64,000 nt of DNA from Octopus sinensis (GCF_006345805.1 NC_043007.1:69254001-69318000); one strand, 5' to 3'; shown: positions 1 to 12,398, counted from the stretch's first letter. Numbers and translations are program-made. Notes: generated by a model from the letters alone, not told the origin.

Positions 1-423
1 TTTACTCTCTTTTCTCTTTTACTTGTTTCAGTCATTTGACTGCGGCCATGCTGGAGCACCGCCTTTAGTCGAGCAAATCGACCCCGGGACTTATTCTTTG
101 TAAGCCCAGTACTTATTCTATCGGTCTCTTTTGCCGAACCGCTAAGTTACGGGGACGTAAATATACCAGCCAGCATCGGTTGTCAAGCAATGTTAGGGGG
201 ACAAACACAGACACACAAACACATACACACACATACATACATATATATATATATATATACGACAGGCTTCTTTCAGTTTCCGTCTACCAAATCCACTCAC
301 AAGGCATTGGTCGGCCCGGGGCTATAGCAGAAGACACTTGCCCAAGATGCCACGCAGTGGGACTGAACCCGGAACCATGTGGTTGGTTAGCAAGCTACTT
401 ACCACACAGCCATTCCTGCGCCT
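1..423 (-). mobile_element. tRNA-derived SINE, family A
   Basis: Minus strand starts GGCGCAGGAATGGCTGTGTGGTAAG (A box), has GGTTCAGTCCC (B-box-like), an internal (TA)n/(TG)n tract and the tail CCAGCATGGCCGCAGTCAAATGACTGAAACAAGTAAAAGAG; more than 10 similar copies in the window. Confidence 0.9.
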
Positions 424-684
424 ATCTACGCCACACTACGCCTATATTGATATTAAAAGTTTTGATGCTTACATATAGCAGTATATACCGTATTGATAAT
501 ATGTTCTATGGGCAATATAATAACTGTGTGTGACGGGTGGCCAGACCAGTCATTACACATATAGCCATATGGATTTTAATTCAATTTTATTGATCGCCTC
601 ATACAGGAAAACGTCATTCATAAATTATGATAACTAAATACCTATCATAGTTTCTATGTTTACATTATTGCATAGAAGTATATA

Positions 685-1245
685 CAGGGTGTCCATAAAG
701 TCCCTTTACAACTAAAAAAATTATTACAAAGGCAGTTGATGAGATATTTTAACCAGATTTCTTTTATTTTAATAATTGTTTATTAAAGTTTTTATTGATA
801 TTAAATTTTTATGTTTCAAATACTCTGTTGATGGAAAGGAACTGATTCACTGAACCCCTATAAAATGGCTTCTCCTCATGAAAAGGCACAATGTGTATCC
901 TGGTTTATTGAGACAAATGTCCCTCCATTGGACTTCTTTTTATGGGGTTATGCAAAAGATATCATGTATTGAACAAAGATACAGGACATTGCTGACTTGA
1001 AGCAAAGGATTCGTAATGATATTGCCACCGTTGATAAGGTTATTCTACAGCGAACATGGCAAAAAATCGAGTACCGTCTTGATGTGCTTCGCGCAACTAA
1101 TGGTGTCCATATTGAGGTCTATTAAATAACAGTTAAAAATCTTTAATAAACAATTATAACAATAAAACAAATCTGGTTAGGATATCTTGTCAACTGTCTT
1201 TGTAATAAAATTTCAAAATTGTAAAGAGACTTTATGGACATTCTG
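685..1245 (+). mobile_element. Internally deleted Tc1/mariner (rosa/DD41D-like) non-autonomous element
   Basis: TIRs CAGGGTGTCCATAAAGTCCCTTTACAA / TTGTAAAGAGACTTTATGGACATTCTG, with TA on both sides (683-684, 1246-1247). Transposase N-terminus MASPHEKAQCVSWFIET is fused to the C-terminus PLDFFLWGYAKDIMY*...RLDVLRATNGVHIEVY*. Confidence 0.85.
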
Positions 1246-1574
1246 TACAATATTGGTAGTATATTCTATGCGCAATATACTGATGGTGTGTGACACATAT
1301 TAAGACAAGATCTAACACATGGCCACGTGAATTTCATTACAGTTTAATTGATCGCCTCGTATAAGAAGACATCACTCATTAATTATTATAATTAAGTACT
1401 TATCATAATTCTATGTCTATATTATGCTTAAGTAAATAAAGAAATATAAACAGCTATTGGTATGAAGAAATAAATGTGGTACGGTCTTATAGGGTTAGTA
1501 TAACACAAAATACACAGAGTTTGCATGAATCCTAAATACTCAGCATTCCGTTAATATAATTTGTAAGAGCGATA

Positions 1575-2295
1575 ACAAAATACAATTAGGATCTATTCCA
1601 TCTCAATCATAGGTTTTTTAATTAATGTTTTTTTTAACTAAACAGTTTGAAACTTTGAGAGCTAAATGTCACCACTCTGTTCGAAGAATCGCAGCTAACT
1701 TTTTGTTCTTGACGTATATGTAGTTTTAAAATGCCTTATTTTACAACTATGAGATGCATTGTTATTGTTATGATTTTATCTTACTATGATCAACAACAAA
1801 TACATTTCGTCAATATAAAAGTCTTTATTAGATAAAACATAATATTATCAAAACATGAAGGCAAAACAAAACAAATAGCGGCTTATACCCAGGAAAATAC
1901 GGTAATTGTAGTGGCAGTAACAAGTTCGCTCGCTGGTTGCTAATTGATAGTGTAGAAAGGAGAGGAAAGAGTAAGGAATGCACAGAGCTGACTAGAAAGG
2001 AAGAAACGAAGAAAGGTGGTTCGCTCGCCATACGAATAGAACAGAGTGGTGACATTTAGTAGAGATGACCCGGAAGCTTTCTTCAACCGAATATACTCCG
2101 ATGATTGGTAGAAATTACCCAAATACGACAACTTTAAAATGAAATAATTTCTAAAATACCAAATTTTGTCAAAAACGTTCAGAGTAAGCCGTGTTCTACG
2201 TGAGAAATTCTATCAGTATTCGAAGTTTCAAACTGTTTATTAATTAATTAAAAAATCTGTGATAGAGATGGAATAGATCCTACAATTTTATTAAA
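1575..2295. mobile_element. MITE/foldback-like element with long imperfect inverted arms
   Basis: TAGGATCTATTCCATCTC (1587-1604) and TAAACAGTTTGAAACTT (1639-1655) are inverted at 2265-2282 and 2223-2239; CTAAATGTCACCACTCTGTTC (1662-1682) is inverted at 2039-2059. Confidence 0.65.
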
Positions 2296-2844
2296 TATTA
2301 TCTTCAGTTACTCACTTTTATGTTTTACATTTCAAAACCCGCTTGACATTGGTTGTTGTCAATAAAATAAGCGGCAGTAATATGCGGTCACCAATCAACT
2401 GTAAATCTACCTCTTCAAATATAACATTTTGGTCTTAAGACAGGCGTCAAAATACCAATATTTCTAATTTGTCATCAGCATAGTGTTAAACTGTAAGACT
2501 TTCACAGTAATTTGGTTAACTCCCTGGTTTAGTTTCAATTCCATGTTGAAATATATAGAATTTCATTTATGTCCCTAAGGATTTTAAGCAAGACATAAAC
2601 ATCACAAATTCCCATATATCTCTTTCTTTCTCTTTCTTTCTTCAAATATATTGGTTTGTTTTCTTTATAGGAAAGTAAAACCTTCTTTATTTCAGATACA
2701 TTAATTACCCGAACTGTTAATCTCTTATTTCATTTATGCTTGTATTTAATTACAAGACATTCTGATAACCTCTGATTAACTTCTGATGACCATCTTAATT
2801 ACAGATAGATACATGCATAGAGAAGATAGCGAAAAAGAGGAAAC

Positions 2845-3015
2845 AGCAGAAGATGATGAGGGCGGCGGCGGCGGTGGCGACGACGACGACGACAAAGAAG
2901 ATGAAGAAGAAGGAGGAGGAGGAGGAAGAGGAGGAGGAGGAGAAGATGAAGAAGAAGAAGAAGAAGAAGAAGAAGATGAAGAAGAAGAAGAAGAAGATGA
3001 AGAAGAAGAAGAAGG
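2845..3015. repeat. Compound trinucleotide microsatellite (GAT/GGC/GAC/GGA/GAA)n
   Basis: Direct reading; it explains the acidic poly-E/D ORF. Confidence 0.9.
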
Positions 3016-3814
3016 GAAAATGGTGGATGGGATATTAAAGAAACACAAAAATACTTTGAACATCACAAACACCATTTGAAGTATTAAGAGCTGAGCGTTT
3101 ACTGAAAGGATGTGCATGGTTTTCCAATCACTTACAGGCGGTCAGCTCTACGATTTAACAGGGATTTTACAAGGATCAAAAACAATATTTTGCAAATATA
3201 TATGTCAGCCTCTTGAGAAATGAAAAGTGCATTCTTTTCTTTCAACAGAAATGTGTGCGTGTGACGGTTGGGGGTGTTGCTTAAATTACAAATATACAAG
3301 TCATGTAAAAGGAGACCTGCATGAAGAAAGTATACGAGCTGTATGAGCGTGATTTATGAAGAAGTGGAATTGTAGCCAACGGTACTTGCGAGATGGTTAT
3401 GTGAATATGGTATTGGACTACGAATTTATAGACGTGGGTTTGGAATCTCTGAGTGTGACACAGTGTCAGTTATGTATTTCTAGAAATACTCCTGAAATCT
3501 ATGTAGTCTCATTTCACTTGACTGTGAAAAGATGATTTAAAAAAAAAATTAAATTAAATACAAAAAAAAAGAACAAAAAAAAGTAGGTATAAACACATGA
3601 ACAAAATAAATAAAAGCAAATTACACGAACGTGTATAAACAGGAGATACAGATAATACAAACACTCCAACCCACACACACACGTACTTACTAAACATCGA
3701 CACACATAGGGGTATACGCATGCGCAAATAAAGACACATACAATAGGAATACAAAATATAAAATGGCTGATCGTTAGTAAGGTGAGACACACAAATAACA
3801 AAGAAGAAAGCAAA

Positions 3815-3860
3815 CGACCACTGATGACGTCACAGAAGTGTGACGAAAGAACTCTGGCCG
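3815..3860 (+). ncRNA. Minimal type-I hammerhead ribozyme-like motif
   Basis: CGACCA-CTGATGA-C-GTCACA(GAAG)TGTGAC-GAAA-GAACT-C-TGGCCG: both conserved core boxes, a perfect 6-bp stem II, stem I with 5 of 6 pairs, and a 2-bp stem III. Confidence 0.6.
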
Positions 3861-4360
3861 AAATAAGATTAAGATTAATGTAAAAAATAAATAACACTGA
3901 AGCAAAGTAACACCAAATATATAGTGCATGCGTTTTTATTGGCTAAACTGGCAACATGACCATTCTTGAATACAACAACACCTGTTTCAACACACCATTT
4001 CACATCAAGAATCTTGCAAAACAAATATATAAAGGTAACGATTTTTTTTGTTTTTGTTGTTTGGAGCGTAAAATTATCTGTGATGAACTAGCGTCGCATC
4101 CAGGGGATTAATTTGCTCCGTTCTGGGAACTTAATCTTTCTTTGAAAAGTTAGGTGAAAACTTTCCTCGAAAAGTTTAATTTTTGAGAATGTGAAGATCA
4201 TGTAGTCGAAAGATTTACAAATGCTTTAAACAGACATCGTTTCTTTTCTTACTTATTTCTTATTTATTTCTCACTTTACTTTCGAAACGTCAGTCTACTT
4301 TTTTTCTTTTCTGTTTTATGGCGTACAGTTAATTGTGTACAAATCTTCATGTTAATATGC

Positions 4361-4392
<32 letters not shown>

Positions 4393-4548
4393 ATATTTTG
4401 TTCACCAACTTTTGAATTTTGGTGTACTTGTAACCTCTCACGTTGTCCAACTGTCCGTTTTTTATTCTTCATGTTCCATTTGTGCGACTTTACGTATTAC
4501 TTATTGATGAAAGAGGCAGAAAATAGGAAGATATACAGTTAGTGAATG

Positions 4549-4629
<81 letters not shown>

Positions 4630-4709
4630 GAATGGTGGATGAGTTAGTAAAAGAAAGTAATAATTATTTCTTGAGTTGAAATTGTTGAAAGTTAATGGTT
4701 TCTAACTAA

Positions 4710-4845
4710 GGCAAAAGGCCAGTAATTTTGAAGATATTCTCAATCTCAGTACTTGATTGGTACTTTGTACGATCGAGATTGAAAGGATGAAGGACAAAAA
4801 TCGACCTAGGCGAGATTAGTACTCAGAAGGTAAGGAGGAAGCCGG
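4710..4845 (-). mobile_element. Degraded SINE family C fragment
   Basis: Diverged match to the TTCATCCTTTCGGGGTCGAT...AGTACC body on the minus strand. Confidence 0.55.
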
Positions 4846-4961
4846 AGAAATAACGCAAAATTTTTTTTCTCCGACTAACTGCCAATTCTACCAGCTCATT
4901 GACTTAAAACGTTGAAAGATAATGAAATATATATATATATATATTTCATTGTCTTTCAACG

Positions 4962-5074
<113 letters not shown>

Positions 5075-5076
5075 GT

Positions 5077-5386
5077 GGAGGCGCAATGGCCCAGTGGTTA
5101 GGGCAGCGTACTCGCGGTTGTAGGATCGCGGTTTCGATTCCCAAACCGGGTGTTGTGAGTGTTTATTGAGCGAAAACACCTAAAGCTCCATGACGCTCCG
5201 GCAGGGGGTGGTGGCGATCTCTGCTGTACTCTTTCGCCATAACTTTCTCTCACTCTTTCTTCTGTTGGCCTGCTCGCATAGCCAGCGGGGTGGCATCATT
5301 TGGAGGCTAAAACAATGCGAAGCGCATTGTGACCAGCGATATGTAGCAACATCTGATAGCCTGGTCGGTCACGGTGATCACGGTGA
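5077..5386 (+). mobile_element. tRNA-derived SINE, family B (probably OR1-like), tail type 1
   Basis: GGAGGCGCAATGGCCCAGTGGTTAGGGCAGCG (A box) and GGTTTCGATTCCC (B box); head and body shared with 17589-17971; ends in (CACGGTGAT)2. The OR1 name is from memory and unverified. Confidence 0.85.
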
Positions 5387-6288
5387 TATATATACACACA
5401 CAAAAATAAAATGATTGAGATTGTAAAGTACTGGATTGTCGACTCTTGACAGAATGCTTAATTTTCCATTGCTTTCGTTCACCTTGCAGTGAAAAATCCT
5501 GTAAAAATCTAGCATCTCCATTTTGTATAAGACTTTACTCACCCATTCAGGTAAAGACGTGGGTCTTTATAATTCATGAAAGCAATTAGAATTAGATAAA
5601 TGTTCGGAGGTTGCGGAATAGATGTAATCAAAGAATTAAATGCAAGAAATTATGAGATTGCACGTGTTTACATGAGCCACAGTTTTTACTGCGTGCGGGT
5701 GGTAACTTTTTATAAACATGTTACATGTTACATGGTTATCCGATGTCTGAAGTGTGTTTTATGAAAAAAGATAAGATCAGGATCACTGATACTAACGAAC
5801 GTGTAGGAATGTTTTAATCAGTTTCAGGGGAATGGTGTTCGTGTTAAGAAGGATTGTGTTTGGGAGATAGATAACTGCAACAGAAGCTATTAACGTATTT
5901 AAAGTAACAAACAAAGCGATCGTATTGCAAAGAGCTGGAATCCAAACCAATATTATCAGTGATATTTGTGATGTTTCGTCGACATGATGTGTGAAAAAGA
6001 AAACATATATATTAAGATATGATTAGTCTTACAAGCCCATTCGCTTCTAAAGTAAAATGTTGAAGAACAGGAGATGGCTCTGTGGCAAAATTGTCGGTGA
6101 TTCGTGTCGAGACGTGTCGATAGAGTTTGCGCCTGCCAACTGAAAGTTTGATGGTTCATATCTTGTTACCGTCCCGCGATGTCACTTTTGTCTTAAGAAA
6201 GTTTAATACAGGGTGCGGCAAAAAATCCTCCCACATTTTACGGGTTCACAATCGCTTCAACACCATTTGCGAGGTGTGCACGGGTGTA

Positions 6289-6700
6289 AACTCTTTTACT
6301 CTTTTACTTGCTTCAGTCATTTGACTGCGGCCATGCTGGGGCACCGCCTTTAGTCAAGCAAATCGACCCCGGAACTTATTCTTTGGAAGCCTAGTACTTA
6401 ATCTATCGGCCTCTTTTGCCGAACCGCTAAGTTACGAGGACGTAAACACACCAGCATCGGTTATCAAGCGATGGTGGTGGTGGTGGGGGGACAAACATAG
6501 GCACACAAACATACGTATATATATATATATATATACACGACGGGCTTCTTTCAGTTTCCGTCTACCAAAACCACTCACAAGGCTTTGGTCGGCCCGAGTC
6601 TATAGTGGAAGACACTTGCCAAAGTGCCACACAGTGGGACTGAACCAGGAACCATTTGGTTGGTAAGCAAGCTGCTTACCACACATCGATTCCTGCGCCT
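6289..6700 (-). mobile_element. SINE family A
   Basis: Full-length match to the 1-423 copy; a short duplicated head fragment follows (6701-6725). Confidence 0.9.
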
Positions 6701-6769
6701 ACTTACCACACAGAGCCACTCCTGATGGTAACTAAAAAAAGAAACAAAGCGGTAAAACTTTAGCGACAT

Positions 6770-6965
6770 GAAGACCCGACCCTGTCATGTCGACTTTTGT
6801 ACGCTTCTTTTGGTGCCAATTGTGAGCAACCACTGAGAGGCTGAAGTACACTTTTAGTCTCTTGTTCACACTCACTGCACAACGGTAACTCTGATGTGTG
6901 GTCGATAAAATAATTGACAGAATTTGCTGCTCTTGGGCAGCAAAGATCTCCCCTTTAGTGTACTG
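6770..6965 (-). pseudogene. R4/Dong-clade non-LTR retrotransposon internal fragment (zinc-knuckle/RHD region)
   Basis: Minus-strand translation in two frames gives KGEIFAAQEQ and ETKSVLQPLSGCSQLAPKEAYKSRHDRVG, matching the FAAQ[DE]Q...ET..H..SGC...Y..RHD motif order of RLE-type retroelements. Confidence 0.6.
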
Positions 6966-7028
6966 GCTTCTCTTTCTGTGATACCACTTTCTCCTCGCGT
7001 ACCTTTTTCTTAATATCAACCAAAGATT

Positions 7029-7775
7029 AAGGCGGTGAGCTGGCAGAATCGTTAGCACGCAGGGCGAAATGCGTAGCCGTATTTCGTCTGGCATTACGTT
7101 CTGAGTTAAAATTCCGCCGAGGTCGACTTTGCCTTTCATCCTTTCGGGGTCGATTAAGTAAGTACCAGTTACGCACTGGGGTCGATGTAATCCGTTTGTC
7201 TGTCCTTGTTTGTCCTCTCTGTGTTTAGCCCCTTGTAGGTGGTAAAAAATAGGTATTTCGTCTGCGCTATGTTCTGAGTTCAAATTCCGCCGAGGTCGAC
7301 TTTGCCTTTCATCCTTTCGGGGTCGATAAATTAAGTACCAGTTACGCACTGGGGTCGATCTAATCGACTTAATCCGTTTAGATGTCCTTGTTTGTCTCCT
7401 CTGTGTTTATCCCCTTGTGGGTAGTAAAGAAATAGGTATTTCATCTACCGCTACGTTCTGAGTTTAAATTCCGCCGAGGTCGACATTGCCCTTCATCATT
7501 TCGGGGTCGATTAAATAAGTACCAGTTACGCACTGGGGTCGATGTAATACGTTTGTCTGTCCTTGTTTGTCCTCTCTGTGTTTAACCCCTTGTAGGTAGT
7601 AAAGAAATAGGTATTTCGTCTGCGCTACGTTCTGAGTTCAAATTCCGTTGAGGTCGACTTTGCCTTTCATCCTTTCGGGGTCGATAAATTAAGTATCAGT
7701 TGCGTACTGGAGTCGATCTAATCGACTGGCCCCTTCCCCCTAAATTTCGGGTCATGTGCCTAGAGTAGAAAAGAA
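7029..7775 (+). mobile_element. SINE family C tandem tetramer (one head, four bodies)
   Basis: Head GGCGGTGAGCTGGCAGAATCGTTAGCACG; body units start at GTATTTCG/GTATTTCA at 7079, 7253, 7436 and 7611 (periods 174/183/175); B box GAGTTCAAATTCC; the last unit ends in an alternative tail. Confidence 0.9.
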
Positions 7776-7989
7776 TATCAACCAAATATTCTCTCTGCAA
7801 GTACCTTCTCTGTCAGTGCTACCTTCAGCATCCACTCATAACATGACTATAAATACTCATGCCATAATACACACATCTTACACATTCCTCCACATCAATT
7901 CACCCTCTTTCAGCTTCATTACACGAGAGGTACAGTCTAGCTACATTATCACTTGACTGAAAGAATTTGTTAATGGTCTTATCCTTCTT

Positions 7990-8115
7990 GTTTCTCGATC
8001 TAAGCTGGACAAGACTTCCCTTACGACCATTACTGCCCAGGCATTAGTGGATTCCTTCAATCGACTTAACTCCATCCATCTTAGGTCTACAAAGTTTCCT
8101 CTTGCGCCGAATGTA
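7990..8115 (-). pseudogene. Possible decayed LINE (RTE-like) C-terminal fragment
   Basis: Minus-strand reading RRKRKLCRPK-(W)MDGVKS resembles the RGRP..RW.D.VK motif near RTE C-termini; short and frameshifted. Confidence 0.3.
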
Positions 8116-8224
8116 CTATTCTTTTGTTGTCATCATTATTTTTGCATTATGGTTTTACTCTAGCTGATGTATTCCTAGATATATTTACCCATCGTAGTCC
8201 TCTTTCCTCGTAGATACTCCATCA

Positions 8225-8363
8225 CCATCCCCCACCACCACCACCGCCGCCACCACCACTATCATCATCATCATCATCATCGTCATTATTTCAAATTTTT
8301 GACACAAGCCCAGCAATTTTGAAGGGGGGAGAAGTCGATTACAACGAGCCAGTACTCGACTGG

Positions 8364-8408
<45 letters not shown>

Positions 8409-8483
8409 CGCTACCACCACCACTACTACCACTACCACCACCACTACTACCACCCCACCACCACCACCACCACCACCACCACC

Positions 8484-8523
<40 letters not shown>

Positions 8524-8542
8524 ATGATGATGATGATAAAAA

Positions 8543-8592
<50 letters not shown>
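8225..8592. repeat. Compound microsatellite (CAC/CAT/CTA/AAT)n enclosing a family C tail fragment (8289-8366)
   Basis: Direct reading. Confidence 0.85.
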
Positions 8593-8593
<1 letters not shown>

Positions 8594-9138
8594 TGATAAT
8601 GACAATAATTGTTATTATTATTATTAATATAATTACATCAAAGTCACGCCCAGTACAAAGCAATTACCTCAAAATTAAGGATCAAGTAACTACAGCTCAA
8701 TCATTTTATCTAGAGAAAGGATCTATGGTGTCGTCATGCTCTGCCTTTTCTCATCATGTTAATTAAACGAAATAGAAACAAAAATAATTAATTCATCAAT
8801 TTCAAGGAATTTATCAATTAGTCACAAACAAATTGTAAACTGATAAGTTCATTTACGACTATAATTTTTGTTTCAGCAGAATGAATCAATTACAAGAATT
8901 TGTTAAATTTTAGCAAGACAATAACGAAACCCTGAACTTTTTTTAAAGAGAATTAGTAAGAAAAAGAAAGCTGGTTATTACGATAACAAAAATTAGCAAT
9001 AATTAAGAAGTGAATGAGGTCTAAGGTTGGTGATTACAGCTACGTATAGCAAGGAGATGACTTCTAAAGTAACATTCTTAGTTTGGTGCATGATAATATT
9101 CATGTCCTTCCCACTGTGTGTAGTAGTGAAGTTATAAC

Positions 9139-9365
9139 TCTTTTACTAGTTTCAGTCATTTGACTTAGGCCATACTGGAGCACCGCCTTTAGTCGAGCAA
9201 ATCGACCCCAGGACTTATTCTTTGTAAGCTTAGCACTTATTCTATCGGTCTCTTTTGTCGAACCGCTAAGTTACGGCGACGTAAACACACCAACATCTGT
9301 TGTCAAGCGATGTTGGAGGGATAAACACAGACACACGAACATACACACACACACACACACACACT

Positions 9366-9405
<40 letters not shown>

Positions 9406-9570
9406 CACGACAGGATTCTTTCAGTTTCTGTTTACTAAATCCACTCACAAGGTTTTGGTCGACCCGAGGCTATAGTAGAAGACACTTGCCCAAGGTGCCA
9501 CGCAGTGGGACTGAACTCGGAACCATGTGGTTGGTAAACAATTTACTTACCACACATCCACTCCTACGCC
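9139..9570 (-). mobile_element. SINE family A
   Basis: Full-length match to the family A pattern. Confidence 0.9.
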
Positions 9571-9644
9571 TAATTACGTTAATCGACTTTCAACAAGAAA
9601 TCGAAACTGTCACGGAGACACATGATTCACCCGTGATTTACTAC

Positions 9645-9866
9645 TTGTACTCTCGAGTATGCGTTGGCAGGTGCAATTTCGTTTGTCTATACTCTTGGAA
9701 GACGCAAAAGCGGGTGGTAACATGGTTTTGTGCTTACAGCTGAAAATAACGATGTTTCTCCGATTAGCGAGGCATATACAAAAAATCATATGGCCGCCCG
9801 CTTTTGTGTCTTCTATGAGTAGAGTCAAACGAAATCGAACCCGCTAAAACATATTCGAGATTTCAA
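9645..9866. repeat. ~220-bp imperfect palindrome (foldback/MITE-like)
   Basis: CTCGAGTATGCGTTGGCAGGTGCAATTTCGTTTGTCTATACTCTTGGAAGACGCAAAAGCGGGTGG is inverted at about 9793-9860, centred near 9756. Confidence 0.8.
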
Positions 9867-11500
9867 AAGGCTAAAGCAAGCGCCAGTAACGTTAAAGTAA
9901 TCTGCATGAGCAAGCTTGTATGGGATGGTTAGACGAACAACCAATGATGACTTATGACTTGAAAATATTGTGTCCTCTGTAAGGCATTCTGAGGAAATCA
10001 ACCACATGGATCCGGTTTGTCTTTAAACTTTACATTGTGTCTTGAACTCTCGTCAATCGTACAATTACACATTAACTACTTACAGTTACTATTTTCAGGT
10101 TGATTGACTGACCATTTGAGAATAATACACGCTCAGCCACGACAAAGCACGACCCCACAACATGAGCGTTAGAATATTTGCTCGACGGTAGCCATTTTAG
10201 TTACAGTTAGCTGCAATTCTCCATAAATTCACATAATTTTCTGTTTTTTTTCGTTCTTTTTTTTTTTTGTCGCACCCAGCTTTTTTTTTTCCTTGATATC
10301 ATGTTGCGGGCATATTACAGTATAATAACACAATCTAATTAAAACGCTTATTAGGATAATTAACATATTTAATTTCAGTAACGTATTTTGTCACATCAAA
10401 TTATTCAAGGGAAGAAAACTACTTTCTTCTCCCCTCTCTCGTTCTAATAGACAGTTTCATGTTTCGGAATAAATCGTTCACTAAATGTGAGATTATCTTA
10501 TAATTAATTTAACTTTTAAAGTGTTTCAGCGATAGCTATTAATTTTAGTGGTTTTAGTGGTGTATTAATTTTAGGCTTAATTGTAAACTTCTAGGATTTT
10601 TGAATGCGTTTCACTGCACATATCCACACAAAATATTCTATATGACACTTTAATGCATGATATTTATTCTCAAAAGGTTGCACTTCTTTATAACCACGAT
10701 TTATTATAATTGCACCCATATTGAGGTTTAGGTTTCCATGAAGAAGTTTCATAAGTTCGTGTGATTTAACCTTATTTTTTCTTCTTTTATTCATTTACCA
10801 TGTACGTTTCTGTCCTGTTTTATTGGCATTATCAGAAGAGAGAGGGCAATATCCATGACCATTTTCGGATCCACCATAGCAGGGGCTGAAATCGAACAGA
10901 ATAACTGCAATAAAGTAGATTCTGCTAAAAGCTTACAAAGGCTGGTTGCTTACTAGAAGACACTGGCCTAATGTATGGCAGAGTCATCCAACACCAAATC
11001 CCAGATATTCAAAGTGAAATTTTAAACTAGAATACGTATTAAATTGTTTGTAGCATTTAGACTGGTCTTTCACTTTTTCTGAGTTCAAAATCCAGCAAGA
11101 CTCAAAACTGCTCCTCGTCGTTCTATCTTGTCAAATTTCTGTCGGAAACCAAGCAAAACGCCCACTGTTAAGAAAGATATAGTTTTTAAAGGATGAGCCA
11201 ACAATTGAGATTCACTCATCTCTAACTGACAAAACATAATATATACATGACAATAGAAATATGCGTAATTACTTTCCTGAATCACTCTTTTGCCGCTTTC
11301 TATTTTTCATACACTCTTTCTCAACTTCTCTTTCTTTCTTTCGCTCTTTCTTTCTTTCTTTTCTTTCTTTCTTTCTTTCTTTCTCTCTCTCTCTCTCTCT
11401 CTCTCCGATCTGGTCTAAAATATGACATTATATATATATATATTATATATATAATATATATATATATATTATATATATATATAATGCAGCATGCATGTAT

Positions 11501-11540
<40 letters not shown>

Positions 11541-12398
11541 ATATCTATCTATCTATCTATCTATCTGCATACATGTATTCATTTTCATATATATATACAT
11601 ATATTTATATATACATATGTATAAACGCGCGCGCACATATGCACGCGCGCACGTACGCACGCACACACACGTACGCACATACACAAACTATCACTATTCA
11701 TCATCCCAACGCACCAGGATTCCCTCTGGAAAAGTATCTGAGGTAAGTACCGGATAGATCAGTGTGGGATAATGGAGAATCTTCTGTCAATAGACATATA
11801 TGTTTTTTAATAATATCTTTTAAGGAATATATATTTTTATGTATTCGTTTCTTGTTTTCTATGTTATAAAAATGTCGGAAAGGTGGAGATAACAAACAGA
11901 AGAGAGAGAAACATTTAACAAATGGGTTTCGACTAAGCTAAAAATAATAACGATGTCAACGGAACTGTAGCATGAAAATTAGGTGTCTATCATTGAAAAG
12001 GACACTGTCCACAATTTGGCTTCTGCCTTTTAGCCTTGTATATTTGTTATTGTTGTTTTGACTTTTGTTTTTGTTGATTGTTGTGTCGTTTTGCTTCAAG
12101 TTCATTTCGCTCAATAACAGTCGGTGTGAGTTCGGTCTCATACCTGATTCAAATCTGTTTAATTTATAGCCCTTAGTGAGTAAACCAGGAAGAAAGGAGA
12201 GATATATTTTTTTTTCTTTTTTGCTTACTAATTTCCACATTCCACCAATAAATAAATAAATAAATAAATAGACTAAAAAAATACAAAATTAATATAAATA
12301 CTATAAGCAATGTCAAAGGCAAATAATAATAAAAAAAAATACGGTAAGCAAGAAAGAAGATGAATAAAAGTTTTAAAAATCCTAAATACTAACACTGC

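Noticed and set aside
2786-3079. Acidic poly-E/D ORF resembling a nucleolin- or prothymosin-like protein
   Set aside because: It is entirely explained by compound trinucleotide microsatellites; no splice context or conserved domain.
6209-6236. Tc1/mariner-type TIR start TA-CAGGGTGCGGCAAAAAATCCTCCC
   Set aside because: No partner TIR or transposase sequence was found; too little to call an element.
7029-7775. CRISPR-like array
   Set aside because: The units are ~180-bp whole-SINE bodies with no unique spacers, in eukaryotic DNA with no cas genes.
11722-11752. Perfect donor GAG|GTAAGT with a possible micro-exon
   Set aside because: The upstream acceptor lacks a good pyrimidine tract; such motifs are expected by chance in 64 kb.
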